A stretch of DNA of 62,435 bases, counting the filler, from a bacterium (GTDB lineage: Bacteria > JALSQH01): NCBI GenBank assembly GCA_027004335.1. It is 10 parts of 10 records of this genome, joined end to end, with 100 filler letters (N's around TTAATTAATTAA, not from the genome) between each part and the next. Parts side by side here need not be neighbours in the genome. Positions count along the whole stretch, not along the records: positions 1 to 6,005 come from JALTID010000250.1; positions 6,106 to 12,080 come from JALTID010000252.1; 8 more parts are not named here. One strand, written 5' to 3'. Made by a program: the position numbers and the translations under genes. Positions within the stretch are counted from its first letter, which is position 1, and every line of letters begins with the position of its first letter. The notes under the pieces were generated by a model. It made no database searches, was not told the origin of the DNA, and worked only from the letters and a program-made list of their open reading frames with translations. This document shows positions 1 through 9,172 of this stretch, piece after piece.

Positions 1-216
1 GGTACTTAGGAGTTTTATTCCGTTTCTTGCAAAGACTTTTCTTGGGTGTGGGCAGAATGTTACCACCATTGAAGGAAGGTTTAATTCTTTTGCTTCTTTG
101 ACTGTTTTAGAAATAAGGATTTGATGGCCAAGGTGAACACCATCAAAGTTTCCAATAGTCATCACCCTCGGGGAAGGGTAATTTTGGAGCTCTCTTAATT
201 CTTTTATTATTTTCAT
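1..216 (-). CDS. ribF: Riboflavin kinase/FAD synthetase, N-terminal part (cut by window edge)
   Basis: Manual translation MKIIKELRELQNYPSPRVMTIGNFDGVHLGHQ; GNFDGVHLGH motif; ATG overlaps ktrA stop (ATGA). Confidence 0.9.
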   Translation of the reverse strand, partial: MKIIKELRELQNYPSPRVMTIGNFDGVHLGHQILISKTVKEAKELNLPSMVVTFCPHPRKVFARNGIKLLST

Positions 217-881
217 GAAAATTTTTCCTGAAATTTGATAATATTCTCCTTTGAGCCAATGAGAATCAGATTATCACCTTCCTCTATCATCGTTTCTGGA
301 GGGGGAATAATCAGGGGACTCTCTTCCAAAGGTTTTTTAATGGCTATCACAAACACACCATATTTGTTTCTTATCTTGCTTTCTAAAAGGGTCATACCTG
401 CAAATTCCTCCGGGGCTTTTATTTCAAGGAAACTGAATCCCCCTTCAAAGTGGGAAATATCAAAGACATTCTTTGAAGCTACCTTGTTGGCAACTCTTAC
501 TGCCATGTCCCTCTCAGGATTGATAATTTCGTCTGCTCCTATTTTTTTCATTATTGCTTCATGAGTCTCGTTTATAACTTTCACGATAACTCTGGGAACC
601 CCCAATTCCTTTGCGTATAAAGTGGCAAGGATGCTTGTTTCCATGGATTCACCAGTACTTACTATACATACATCCATGTTACCCAGACCTGCCTCTTCCA
701 GAGCTTCTTTATCTGTTGCATCCAGTCTCACAGCTATTGTGGAGTAAGGCTGGATTGTCTGAACAAGATCCTGCCTGTGGTCTATGGCTAAAACTTCATG
801 ACCCAGGGAGAATAAGGTCTTAACAACCTCTGAGCCGAAGCTACCGAGACCTATTACTGCTATTTTTAATCTCTTTTTCAT
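213..881 (-). CDS. ktrA: Ktr/Trk potassium uptake regulatory subunit (RCK_N + RCK_C)
   Basis: GLGSFG Rossmann motif, C-terminal RCK_C domain, adjacent to KtrB. Confidence 0.9.
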   Translation of the reverse strand: MKKRLKIAVIGLGSFGSEVVKTLFSLGHEVLAIDHRQDLVQTIQPYSTIAVRLDATDKEALEEAGLGNMDVCIVSTGESMETSILATLYAKELGVPRVIVKVINETHEAIMKKIGADEIINPERDMAVRVANKVASKNVFDISHFEGGFSFLEIKAPEEFAGMTLLESKIRNKYGVFVIAIKKPLEESPLIIPPPETMIEEGDNLILIGSKENIIKFQEKFS

Positions 882-883
882 TT

Positions 884-2245
884 TTAACCCACCATAACAT
901 TTTCTTCTGAATATTTTATCTTATCTTCTTTTTGCTCGCCTCCTATCGCAAATGCAAGGGCAAGCGGCCCTACTCTTCCTGTGAACATAAGGAGAATTAG
1001 CACAATTTTGGAAAAAGTGTCAAGGGAGGAGGTTATTCCTGTTGATAGTCCAACTGTTCCAAAGGCTGATGTTGCTTCAAAGAGAAGCTGAAGAAAAGGG
1101 TCACTCCCCCTGAAAAAGGGATGTAGCTGATAGGCAAATGTGAGGGCAACCAGGGCAAGAACTATCAGGATCATTGAGCTGATTGAGATTGCAATGGCTC
1201 TTGAAACTGTTTCCTGTCCAATTGTACGATGCATAATAGTGATATTACTTTTACCCTTTAATCTGTTGACAAATATTGCAAAAAGGACACCAGCAGTTGT
1301 GGTTTTGATTCCTCCACCTGTGGATCCCGGGGATGCACCAATAAACATGAGAATAATCAGGAAAAATAGAGTACCTCTGGAAAGTGCGCCGATGTTTATT
1401 GTGTTGAAACCAGCGGTTCTTGCAGTTACTACCTGAAAATATGAACCAAGAATTTTTTCTCCTGTTGTGAGATGATGAGATGCAAAGTAAAAATCATTTT
1501 CTAAGAAATAGATAGTAAGGGTTCCTCCTATGATGAGAATTGATGTAACAATTAAAACCATCTTAGTATGAAGACTCAGGCTTATTACCTCCCCTTTTAT
1601 TTTGTAGTAGAGTTCAAGGATAACAACAAAGCCTATTCCGCCTATGATAATTAATCCTGTAATTACTAAATTGAAAAAAAGACTACTTTCAAATCTGGAG
1701 AAACTATCAGGATAGAGAGAAAAACCAGCGTTGCAAAATGCACTGATGGAGTGGAACATCGCGTGATAAATTGCCTTCCCCGGAGAATATCCTGTGGAGA
1801 AAATAAAATAGAGAGATAGGAGAAAAGCACCGATTCCTTCAAATAGAAATGTGAAAATAACGATTGACTTAAGGAGCCTGAATCTATTTATTTTTGCATC
1901 AGAGGAGAACGATGATAGCACAGTATGAAGTCCCATTATTGATACCCCTCTGCGAAAAAGGTAGAGAAAAAAAACTGAGAAAGTCATGATTCCTAATCCA
2001 CCAATCTGAAAGAGGGTCATCAATACTATCTGGCCAAAAGGGGTGAACTTTGAAGAGATGTTGTAGAGTGAAAGTCCTGTAACACAAACCGCAGAGGTGC
2101 TCATGAATAAGGAATCCACAAAACTCAAATTTCCGTGACGGGTACCTGGAAAAATAAGGAAAAAAAGAGACCCGGTTAAAATAGTTCCTGCAAAACTTAG
2201 AACCACAATTCTTGAAGGAGTAAAAAAGTTTCTATATCTTTTCAT
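884..2245 (-). CDS. ktrB: Ktr/TrkH potassium channel subunit
   Basis: SAVCVTG, SAFCNAGF, TARTAGF, GASPGSTGGGIK and SAFGTVG motifs. Confidence 0.92.
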   Translation of the reverse strand: MKRYRNFFTPSRIVVLSFAGTILTGSLFFLIFPGTRHGNLSFVDSLFMSTSAVCVTGLSLYNISSKFTPFGQIVLMTLFQIGGLGIMTFSVFFLYLFRRGVSIMGLHTVLSSFSSDAKINRFRLLKSIVIFTFLFEGIGAFLLSLYFIFSTGYSPGKAIYHAMFHSISAFCNAGFSLYPDSFSRFESSLFFNLVITGLIIIGGIGFVVILELYYKIKGEVISLSLHTKMVLIVTSILIIGGTLTIYFLENDFYFASHHLTTGEKILGSYFQVVTARTAGFNTINIGALSRGTLFFLIILMFIGASPGSTGGGIKTTTAGVLFAIFVNRLKGKSNITIMHRTIGQETVSRAIAISISSMILIVLALVALTFAYQLHPFFRGSDPFLQLLFEATSAFGTVGLSTGITSSLDTFSKIVLILLMFTGRVGPLALAFAIGGEQKEDKIKYSEENVMVG

Positions 2246-2257
2246 TTTTACCGGAAA

Positions 2258-4096
2258 TCAATGGGATAAAGCCGTAGGCACAAACCACAGAAGGTCGTCT
2301 GTTATGGTTATATCTTCAGGATGGGAAAAATCGGATGCAATAAATCCATTCCAGCCATCAGCAATACAGAGTTTATTTCCGGAAGCATAGGCACTTTCTA
2401 CATTACCAGGAGTTTTTAAATGAGAGACCACATAAGGCTCTTTTGGATTTGAGATATTTATTACATAGAGCCCATTGGGTCCTCCCGCTAAAAGTGCATA
2501 ATTTTTGTAGAGCTTAACCTTCTCGCCATTTACTTTCAGATTAACATGCGACATTTCAAAGATATTATAAAAATTAGAAGCATCTCCTATTATCATTCCT
2601 GTACCTTCTCTTGCAAGATAAAAAGTTTTTCCCCTTGCAGATATTCCTTTTGCTTCGGTAATGCTCGCCATATGAGAAGTTGCAGAGGGATTTGAAAATC
2701 TACTTATATCTACCAGGGTCACCCCATTCCACCCCTGAGAAAGAAAAAGCCTTTTTTCTCCAACTGCAATATCATTTACCTGTTCTCCACCCATAGCGAT
2801 TTCAGCGATAAGAGAAGTTCTTGGATAAATCTTGTATACCTTAATTCCATAGTTTTCAAAAAGTACATAGAGCATCCCTTTTTTACATCTTACACTGATT
2901 GCTCCCTTTTTATTTATTGTTCTGAGAAGAATAGGGGAATATGGATTTGAAATATCGTAGTCATACACCCCCCTGTTCTTATCTGTAATAAAAGCTCTGT
3001 TACCCTCCCCGCACACCTGCAAGGAATCTCCTACGGTTTTGATGTAATAGGCAATTCTGTTCTGGTGAGGAGTAGAAATATCAATTACTTTTGCGCCATT
3101 ACTGGAATCAGCAACAACTGCTACCTTTCCATTGCACCATACATCAATTGCATTCTCACCAATATTGAACCTTGAAGTCAGACGAGGGAACTTTATATTT
3201 GAAATGTCCAGCAATCCCAGGCCCTCTTTAGCCATGGCTAAAACAATTTTGTTTCCCGAGACAAGAAAATCTTCTACGAAAAATTTGTTGTATTTTCCTG
3301 CTATCCTTGGGGAGAAAGGATCAGTGACATTGTAGATAAGAACCCCTTTTTTTTCAACATTTGAATTCAGAACCCCTCTATCTGATTGTAAGAGATATAA
3401 GAGATTACCTTTTTTAAACACCTTGAATATAAACCCCCCCAATTTTGTCTGACTTAGAAGTTTTGTGTACGGGGCATTCCTGAAATCGTAAATTCCAAAA
3501 CCTGCATCTTTCATGGCAACATATATGTATTTACCATCAAAATCCACATCCCATACAGGACCTGGGGTATCTATGCTCCTGATAAATTTAGGAGAATCAG
3601 GAATCTTTATATTATAGATGAGAAGGCCATTATTTTCGTTGGAAACAAAGAGGTATGGATATAATATTTTTATGCCCATTGCCATAGATAGAGTTTTTAT
3701 TTTTCTAATGCGATGTAGTTTGCCTCCATTCAGGGAGAATATTTTGATTCCATCTTCAAAGTCTGCAAGATAAATGTTCTTATGATAAAAGGCGAGGTCA
3801 AAGGCGAAACCATTTGTGTCGTAATGGTCCAGAAGAACTGGATTTGTAGGGTCTGAGATATTAAAAATGTATATGCCACCAAGTCCAGCCGCAACTCCAA
3901 GCAGGTTTTTATGTCTTACAATTTTCTTTATTTCTCCTTCAATAGGGATGATTCTTCTGATAGAGAAAGAGTTATTTTCCATATCAAGTACCACAAGACC
4001 CTCTGTGGAAGATCCTGTATAGAGAATAGATGCTTTCACATTTAGAGGAATGAAAAGGAATATTAGCAGGGAAAAAAACATCTGTTTTTTCATCAT
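2258..4096 (-). CDS. Secreted LVIVD-repeat beta-propeller protein
   Basis: Signal peptide; many ~42-aa repeats such as GLYVINISNPKEP and GIYIFNISDPTNP. Confidence 0.8.
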   Translation of the reverse strand: MMKKQMFFSLLIFLFIPLNVKASILYTGSSTEGLVVLDMENNSFSIRRIIPIEGEIKKIVRHKNLLGVAAGLGGIYIFNISDPTNPVLLDHYDTNGFAFDLAFYHKNIYLADFEDGIKIFSLNGGKLHRIRKIKTLSMAMGIKILYPYLFVSNENNGLLIYNIKIPDSPKFIRSIDTPGPVWDVDFDGKYIYVAMKDAGFGIYDFRNAPYTKLLSQTKLGGFIFKVFKKGNLLYLLQSDRGVLNSNVEKKGVLIYNVTDPFSPRIAGKYNKFFVEDFLVSGNKIVLAMAKEGLGLLDISNIKFPRLTSRFNIGENAIDVWCNGKVAVVADSSNGAKVIDISTPHQNRIAYYIKTVGDSLQVCGEGNRAFITDKNRGVYDYDISNPYSPILLRTINKKGAISVRCKKGMLYVLFENYGIKVYKIYPRTSLIAEIAMGGEQVNDIAVGEKRLFLSQGWNGVTLVDISRFSNPSATSHMASITEAKGISARGKTFYLAREGTGMIIGDASNFYNIFEMSHVNLKVNGEKVKLYKNYALLAGGPNGLYVINISNPKEPYVVSHLKTPGNVESAYASGNKLCIADGWNGFIASDFSHPEDITITDDLLWFVPTALSH

Positions 4097-4101
4097 CCTA
4101 A

Positions 4102-4130
4102 ATTTTATCTTTATGAGAATTTAATCGCAA
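4102..4130 (-). promoter_or_regulatory. Candidate sigma70 promoter of the LVIVD-ktrBA-ribF operon
   Basis: TTGCGA-N17-TAAAAT ending 5-8 nt before the ATGs. Confidence 0.45.
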
Positions 4131-4204
4131 GGAAAAAGCTATTTTTAATTGTAAAAGAAGAAAAGTTGCTGTATACTATTTTAAAAAATCAAAGGGAGGA
4201 TCAG

Positions 4205-5038
4205 ATGCTTAAGGTTATTCTTGCTCCTGTTGATGGTTCCAATTATACCAAAATCACAGAGGATTATCTTATTTTTTTCCACAAGTACTGGGATTCGGAG
4301 ATTATTCTCCAACATGTAATTGATATAATAGCTCTTGAAGGACCCTTTTTTCATGATCTTTCAGGTGCAATAAGTATGGAGCCTCTCGTTAATTTCACAG
4401 GGAAGATTAAAGAACTCCTGGAAGAACAGGGAAAAATAGTTTTGGAAAATAGTTGTAACAAAATGAGAGAGAAAAATGTGCCGTGTAGATTATTTCTGGA
4501 TTCAGGGATCGTATCGGAAGAAATAGCGGGGAGGGCCAAGATCGCTGATCTTATAATAATGGGAAAAAGGGGAATCCACGCAAAATTTGGAAAGGAAAAA
4601 ATTGGTTCCACAGCGGAGGGAGTATTGAGGAGAACCCCTGCATCAGTTTTGGTCGTTCCTGATAAGTACATTGAAATAAAAAAGCCCCTCCTAGCATATG
4701 ACGGAGGAAAAGTGGCTAAAAAGGCAATGGAACTTGCTGCCAATTTCTGTGAGAAATTATCTTTACCTCTTTCCGTGGTAACAGTCAACTCTTCTTCAAA
4801 AGCAGAGAAAATACTTGAGGAAGCAAAAACCTACCTTACGCCATTTAATCTGGATGTGGAGTACATACCTCTTGAAGGTTCTCCTTATCATGAAATTGAG
4901 CAGATAGTTAAACAGGAAGGATTTGATCTATTGGTCATGGGAGCGGTGGGGCATCATTTTCTCATTGAGATGATTATTGGTTCCACGGCTCTTCATCTCT
5001 TGAGGAAACTTGATATCCCATTTATGCTATGCAGATAA
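4205..5038 (+). CDS. Universal stress protein with tandem UspA domains
   Basis: PVDGS, DLIIMGKRG...IGSTAEGV and a second LLAYDGG...MGAVG...IGST unit; GGGAGGA RBS before ATG 4205. Confidence 0.88.
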   Translation: MLKVILAPVDGSNYTKITEDYLIFFHKYWDSEIILQHVIDIIALEGPFFHDLSGAISMEPLVNFTGKIKELLEEQGKIVLENSCNKMREKNVPCRLFLDSGIVSEEIAGRAKIADLIIMGKRGIHAKFGKEKIGSTAEGVLRRTPASVLVVPDKYIEIKKPLLAYDGGKVAKKAMELAANFCEKLSLPLSVVTVNSSSKAEKILEEAKTYLTPFNLDVEYIPLEGSPYHEIEQIVKQEGFDLLVMGAVGHHFLIEMIIGSTALHLLRKLDIPFMLCR

Positions 5039-5809
5039 GGACTTAACAAATGAGATTACCGTCTTTGAGGATTCTTCAGGAGCCTCAAAGGGGATCATAT
5101 GGCCGCATCTCTCTATGGTAAGGAGTTCCTTTTTGGTTGTTAACCTTGAGTAAAAATCGGTAACATTATCATATGGTACCAGCTTATCCCTTTCTCCAGC
5201 TATTATCAGCACGGGTGAGTTAATTTCCGAGACTTTTTCTTTTATACTGTATTCATTACATGCCTTCATATCTTTGTAGAGCACATCCGGACCATTCTTT
5301 TTGAGCATTTCCTCTGTAAGTCCTCTGTAAAATTTTACATCTTCATCTTCTCTTTCAAATGAGAATTGCAAAGATGTTTTTACCATCATGGGAAAATTTT
5401 CCTTTACAAGCTGAAATATCATGGGGTTTACAGGCAGTGACGAAGAAGATGCAATTACAATGGTTCCCATCACTCTTTCCGAATGAGCAGCGGCATAGAG
5501 AAGAGAAATCGCTCCTCCCATGGAGTGGCCACCAATGTAGAATTTATTAAGCTTGAATTCTTCTGATAAGAGCTCTATAGCTTCAAAGTATCCATCTAAT
5601 CTTTCAGCTGGAATACCCTCACTCTTCCCGTGTCCTGGTAGGTCTGGAATAATGAGTGATATATCCTCCTTCAACAGTGGGAACAGGGCATTCCATATTC
5701 TGCTGTCTCCTCCTGCTCCATGAATTAAAATAAGAAAAGGATTTTTTTCAAGGGAATCTGCATTACTTCTGTAGAAGAGTTTCCCCTGCTCTGTCAGAAG
5801 CCAGCTCAT
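5027..5809 (-). CDS. Alpha/beta-fold hydrolase
   Basis: HGAGG, DLPGHG, GHSMGG nucleophile elbow, D-KLV and GH catalytic residues. Confidence 0.9.
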   Translation of the reverse strand: MSWLLTEQGKLFYRSNADSLEKNPFLILIHGAGGDSRIWNALFPLLKEDISLIIPDLPGHGKSEGIPAERLDGYFEAIELLSEEFKLNKFYIGGHSMGGAISLLYAAAHSERVMGTIVIASSSSLPVNPMIFQLVKENFPMMVKTSLQFSFEREDEDVKFYRGLTEEMLKKNGPDVLYKDMKACNEYSIKEKVSEINSPVLIIAGERDKLVPYDNVTDFYSRLTTKKELLTIERCGHMIPFEAPEESSKTVISFVKSLSA

Positions 5810-6005
5810 TTATAATACTCCTGTAGAGGATTTTTCCATTTTTAAGGATTTTTTCTACCTTTCCTTCTTCCTCAAGGATGTCCAGGTTGCCGATTATTTC
5901 TGAAAAGATGAGGAATATTTCCTGTTTCTTCTCAGGGAAAAGGTTGGTAGCAATATCAAAGGGAGTCATTGGTTCATTTTTTATTAAATTCAGTATCCTG
6001 TGTTG
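5763..6005 (-). CDS. C-terminal winged-helix fragment, probably of an MBL-fold hydrolase (cut by contig end)
   Basis: Frame open to contig edge; TPFDIATNLFP...SEIIGNLDILEEEGKV pattern. Confidence 0.5.
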   Translation of the reverse strand, partial: QHRILNLIKNEPMTPFDIATNLFPEKKQEIFLIFSEIIGNLDILEEEGKVEKILKNGKILYRSIINELASDRAGETLLQK

Positions 6006-6105
6006 NNNNNNNNNNNNNNNNNNNNNNNNNNNNNNNNNNNNNNNNNNNNTTAATTAATTAANNNNNNNNNNNNNNNNNNNNNNNNNNNNNNNNNNNNNNN
6101 NNNNN
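6006..6105. other. Artificial contig linker. Same linker at 12081-12180, 18141-18240, 34886-34985, 40832-40931, 46748-46847, 48708-48807, 54606-54705 and 60499-60598
   Basis: 100-nt N run with central TTAATTAATTAA (stops in all six frames); a separate 10-N scaffold gap lies at 7572-7581. Confidence 0.98.
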
Positions 6106-6118
6106 CCTGTAAGGGGAG

Positions 6119-6141
6119 GGTGGTGGCGAGACGCCACCACC
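6119..6141 (-). terminator. Hairpin downstream of amtB copy 1
   Basis: GGTGGTGGCG-aga-CGCCACCACC perfect 10-bp stem. Confidence 0.55.
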
Positions 6142-6182
6142 TATGACTTTCAAATGACAGATTGTACTATTCCCTTTTAGTT

Positions 6183-7475
6183 TTAAAACAGCTCAAATCC
6201 TCTTTCACCATGTGTTGCCTGATCAAGACCCATTGTCTCACTTTCTTCTTCCACTCTCCAGCCTGCGGTAATAGTTTTTGCAATATATGCAAGGATAACA
6301 GATAAAATCGCTGCAAATGCAACTGTAATTACTACAGAAATCAGCTGAACAAGAAACTGATGGGCATTCCCATAGAACCAGCCAGAATGACCGCTTATTG
6401 CTGGATCCGCAAAAAGCCCTGTGGCAAGAGCTCCCCACATTCCATCAATACCATGAACACCAAAAGCGTCTAAAGAATCATCATAACCAAATTTATTTTT
6501 AAGCATTGTGACTCCCAGGAATCCAAAAATAGCCGCAAAGAATCCTATAATCAGGGCCCCCACCACATTTACAAAACCAGCAGCAGGAGTAATGGCAACA
6601 AGCCCTGCAACAGCACCTGAAGCTGCACCTAAAATTGTAGGCTTTTTCTCCACAGCCCATTCAACAAGCACCCATGTGACAGTGGCTATAGCGGCAGAAG
6701 TATTGGTAACAAGAAAAGCGTTAACCGCTACCCCATCAGCGGCAAGTTCACTACCTGCATTAAAGCCAAACCATCCAAACCAGAGAAAAGCAGCTCCAAG
6801 AGCTGTAATAAATGTACTGGAAGGGAAAAAAGCAGTTTTTCCAAAACCTTTCCTCTTACCTATCAGAAGAGCAAGAATCAGCCCTGTAACACCTGCATTG
6901 ATATGTACAACAGTCCCACCTGCAAAATCCAGAGCTCCCATCTTCGCAAGAAAACCGCCACCCCACACCCAGTGAGCCACAGGTGCATAAACAAAGGTTA
7001 ACCATAAGACGGCAAAAACAAGCCACCATGAAAATTTTGTCCTCTCAACAACTGATCCACTAACAAGGGCAATAGTAATACCAGCAAAGGTCATCTGAAA
7101 TGCTGCAAAAAGAAATGTTGGGATAGTACCTGTAACATCTTTAACTCCTATCCCACTCATAAAAAAATTCCCAAGATCTCCAATAAAACCACCGATGTTT
7201 CCGTGAAAGATTAGAGAATAAAGATAAATTACCCATAAAATACTGGCTATGGCATATGACAAAAGGCTCATACCCAGTGTATTTAACATATTCTTACTTC
7301 TTGTCATCCCACCATAGAACATTGCAAGTCCTGCAGGTGTCATCATCATTACCAGAGCGGTGGAAACCAGCATCCAGGCAGTATTACCTGTGTTTATTTT
7401 ACCCTCCGCTGCAAAAAGAGAGACAGGTAGAAACAAAAAGATTAAAAAACTCCACTTTAAAGCTCTTTTCATCAT
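6183..7475 (-). CDS. amtB: Ammonium transporter, copy 1
   Basis: DFAGGTVVH, WFGWFGFNAGS, DDSLDAFGVHG; signal peptide. Confidence 0.95.
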   Translation of the reverse strand: MMKRALKWSFLIFLFLPVSLFAAEGKINTGNTAWMLVSTALVMMMTPAGLAMFYGGMTRSKNMLNTLGMSLLSYAIASILWVIYLYSLIFHGNIGGFIGDLGNFFMSGIGVKDVTGTIPTFLFAAFQMTFAGITIALVSGSVVERTKFSWWLVFAVLWLTFVYAPVAHWVWGGGFLAKMGALDFAGGTVVHINAGVTGLILALLIGKRKGFGKTAFFPSSTFITALGAAFLWFGWFGFNAGSELAADGVAVNAFLVTNTSAAIATVTWVLVEWAVEKKPTILGAASGAVAGLVAITPAAGFVNVVGALIIGFFAAIFGFLGVTMLKNKFGYDDSLDAFGVHGIDGMWGALATGLFADPAISGHSGWFYGNAHQFLVQLISVVITVAFAAILSVILAYIAKTITAGWRVEEESETMGLDQATHGERGFELF

Positions 7476-7605
7476 CCAGACCTCCTCACTGTTTAAAAAA
7501 TAAAAGAAAAAAATATGCCAGAAACTTCAGAAGAAATTAAACAACCTTAGAGAAGGAATGATTAAAAATAANNNNNNNNNNTGAGCCCCAACAGTGCCTA
7601 AAAAG

Positions 7606-7639
7606 AAACAGGGTGGAAACTGAGGTCTCCACCCTGTTT
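7606..7639 (-). terminator. Intrinsic terminator between the amtB copies
   Basis: AAACAGGGTGGA...TCCACCCTGTTT 12-bp inverted repeat followed by T-rich tract on minus strand. Confidence 0.7.
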
Positions 7640-7663
7640 AAAAGTTAAGCGCACAGGAAAAGA

Positions 7664-8944
7664 TCAAAGATCAAAAGCTCTTTCACCATGGAAGGCTTCA
7701 TCAAGACCTTCAATTTCAATCTCTTCTTTAACTCTCCAGTTACCCACAATAAGTCTCGTGATATAGGCAAGAATCAGTGTGCCGAGGAAACTCGCTACAA
7801 CTACCACAATTACCCCAATTAGCTGATTTAAAAACAGCGAAAAATGACCATAAACCCATCCAGCCTTACCATTTACAGCTGGATCAGCAAAAATACCAGC
7901 AGCAAGTGAGCCCCACATTCCATCAATACCATGAACCCCAAAAACATCAAGGGAATCATCGTATTTAAGTTTTGCCTTCAACCATGTAATTGCGTAAAAA
8001 CCAAAAATTGCGGCAAAGAATCCAATTATCAACGCACCCCAGAAATTCACATATCCGGAAGCAGGTGTAATACCTGCAAGTCCAGCTATGGCGCCAGATG
8101 CAATTCCCAGGAGGGTGGGCTTGCCATCTTTCAACCATTCAAGAGCCATCCATGTAAATGCTGCAATGGCACCGGAAGTATTAGTTGTAATAAAAGCATT
8201 AACAGCAACCCCATTTATCTTAAGAGCACTACCCGCATTAAATCCAAACCAGCCAAACCAGAGTAAAGCTGCACCAAGAGCTGTAAGAACAATGCTGGAA
8301 GGAAAAAAAGGTTCTTCAAGATATTTCTTCCTCTTACCGATAAGCAGCGCAAGAGTTAATCCAGAAACTCCTGCTGTAGTATGCACCACCATACCCCCGG
8401 CAAAATCTATTACTCCCAATTTTGCAAGAAAACCTCCACCCCATATCCAGTGCGCAACTGGAGAATATATAAAAGTTAACCATAAAACTGAAAAAACTAT
8501 CCACCAGAGGAATCTCACTCTTTCAACAACTGATCCTATAACCAGCGCAATGGTGATGGCTGCAAAAGTCATCTGAAATACTGCAAAAAGAAGGGTGGGA
8601 ATACTTCCTGATACACTATTTAAACCGATTCCGGCAAGAAAAGAATTTCTTAATGTTCCTATTATTCCACCAAGATCTCCGCTGAAAGAAAGGGAATAAC
8701 CCCAGAACATCCAGATCAAACTACCGATAATATAGGTGATAAAAACCAGTGCATAAGTATTGAGCAGATTCTTTTTACGGACCATACCTCCGTAAAAAAG
8801 AGCAAGCCCTGCGGGAGTCATAAACATTACAAATGCTGTAGCCACAATAAGCCACGCGGAATCACCTTTATTAATCCCCTGCCCTGCAAAAAGATTCAGG
8901 GGAAGAAATAAAAGTAGCAAAACCCATATCCATTTTCTTTTCAC
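7664..8944 (-). CDS. amtB: Ammonium transporter, copy 2
   Basis: DFAGGMVVH, WFGWFGFNAGS, DDSLDVFGVHG; GTG start with GGAGG RBS. Confidence 0.95.
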   Translation of the reverse strand: MKRKWIWVLLLLFLPLNLFAGQGINKGDSAWLIVATAFVMFMTPAGLALFYGGMVRKKNLLNTYALVFITYIIGSLIWMFWGYSLSFSGDLGGIIGTLRNSFLAGIGLNSVSGSIPTLLFAVFQMTFAAITIALVIGSVVERVRFLWWIVFSVLWLTFIYSPVAHWIWGGGFLAKLGVIDFAGGMVVHTTAGVSGLTLALLIGKRKKYLEEPFFPSSIVLTALGAALLWFGWFGFNAGSALKINGVAVNAFITTNTSGAIAAFTWMALEWLKDGKPTLLGIASGAIAGLAGITPASGYVNFWGALIIGFFAAIFGFYAITWLKAKLKYDDSLDVFGVHGIDGMWGSLAAGIFADPAVNGKAGWVYGHFSLFLNQLIGVIVVVVASFLGTLILAYITRLIVGNWRVKEEIEIEGLDEAFHGERAFDL

Positions 8945-9172
8945 AATTCCCCTCCTTTTTCTCCGAAAGCTTCAATATATATGCCATTCATAGGAACTCA
9001 AATTCAGAAAAATAAAACTCAAGTGCCTACTTTTTACACAATATCCAATACACACTGCCTAACAATTAAACCTCTTGCAAAACTTAACCTTTCAATAGCG
9101 AAAGAAATTCTCTAAAATAAATCTTTGCTATCATTTTAAATTAAAGTTATAATAAATTGAAGGTAATTTTAA

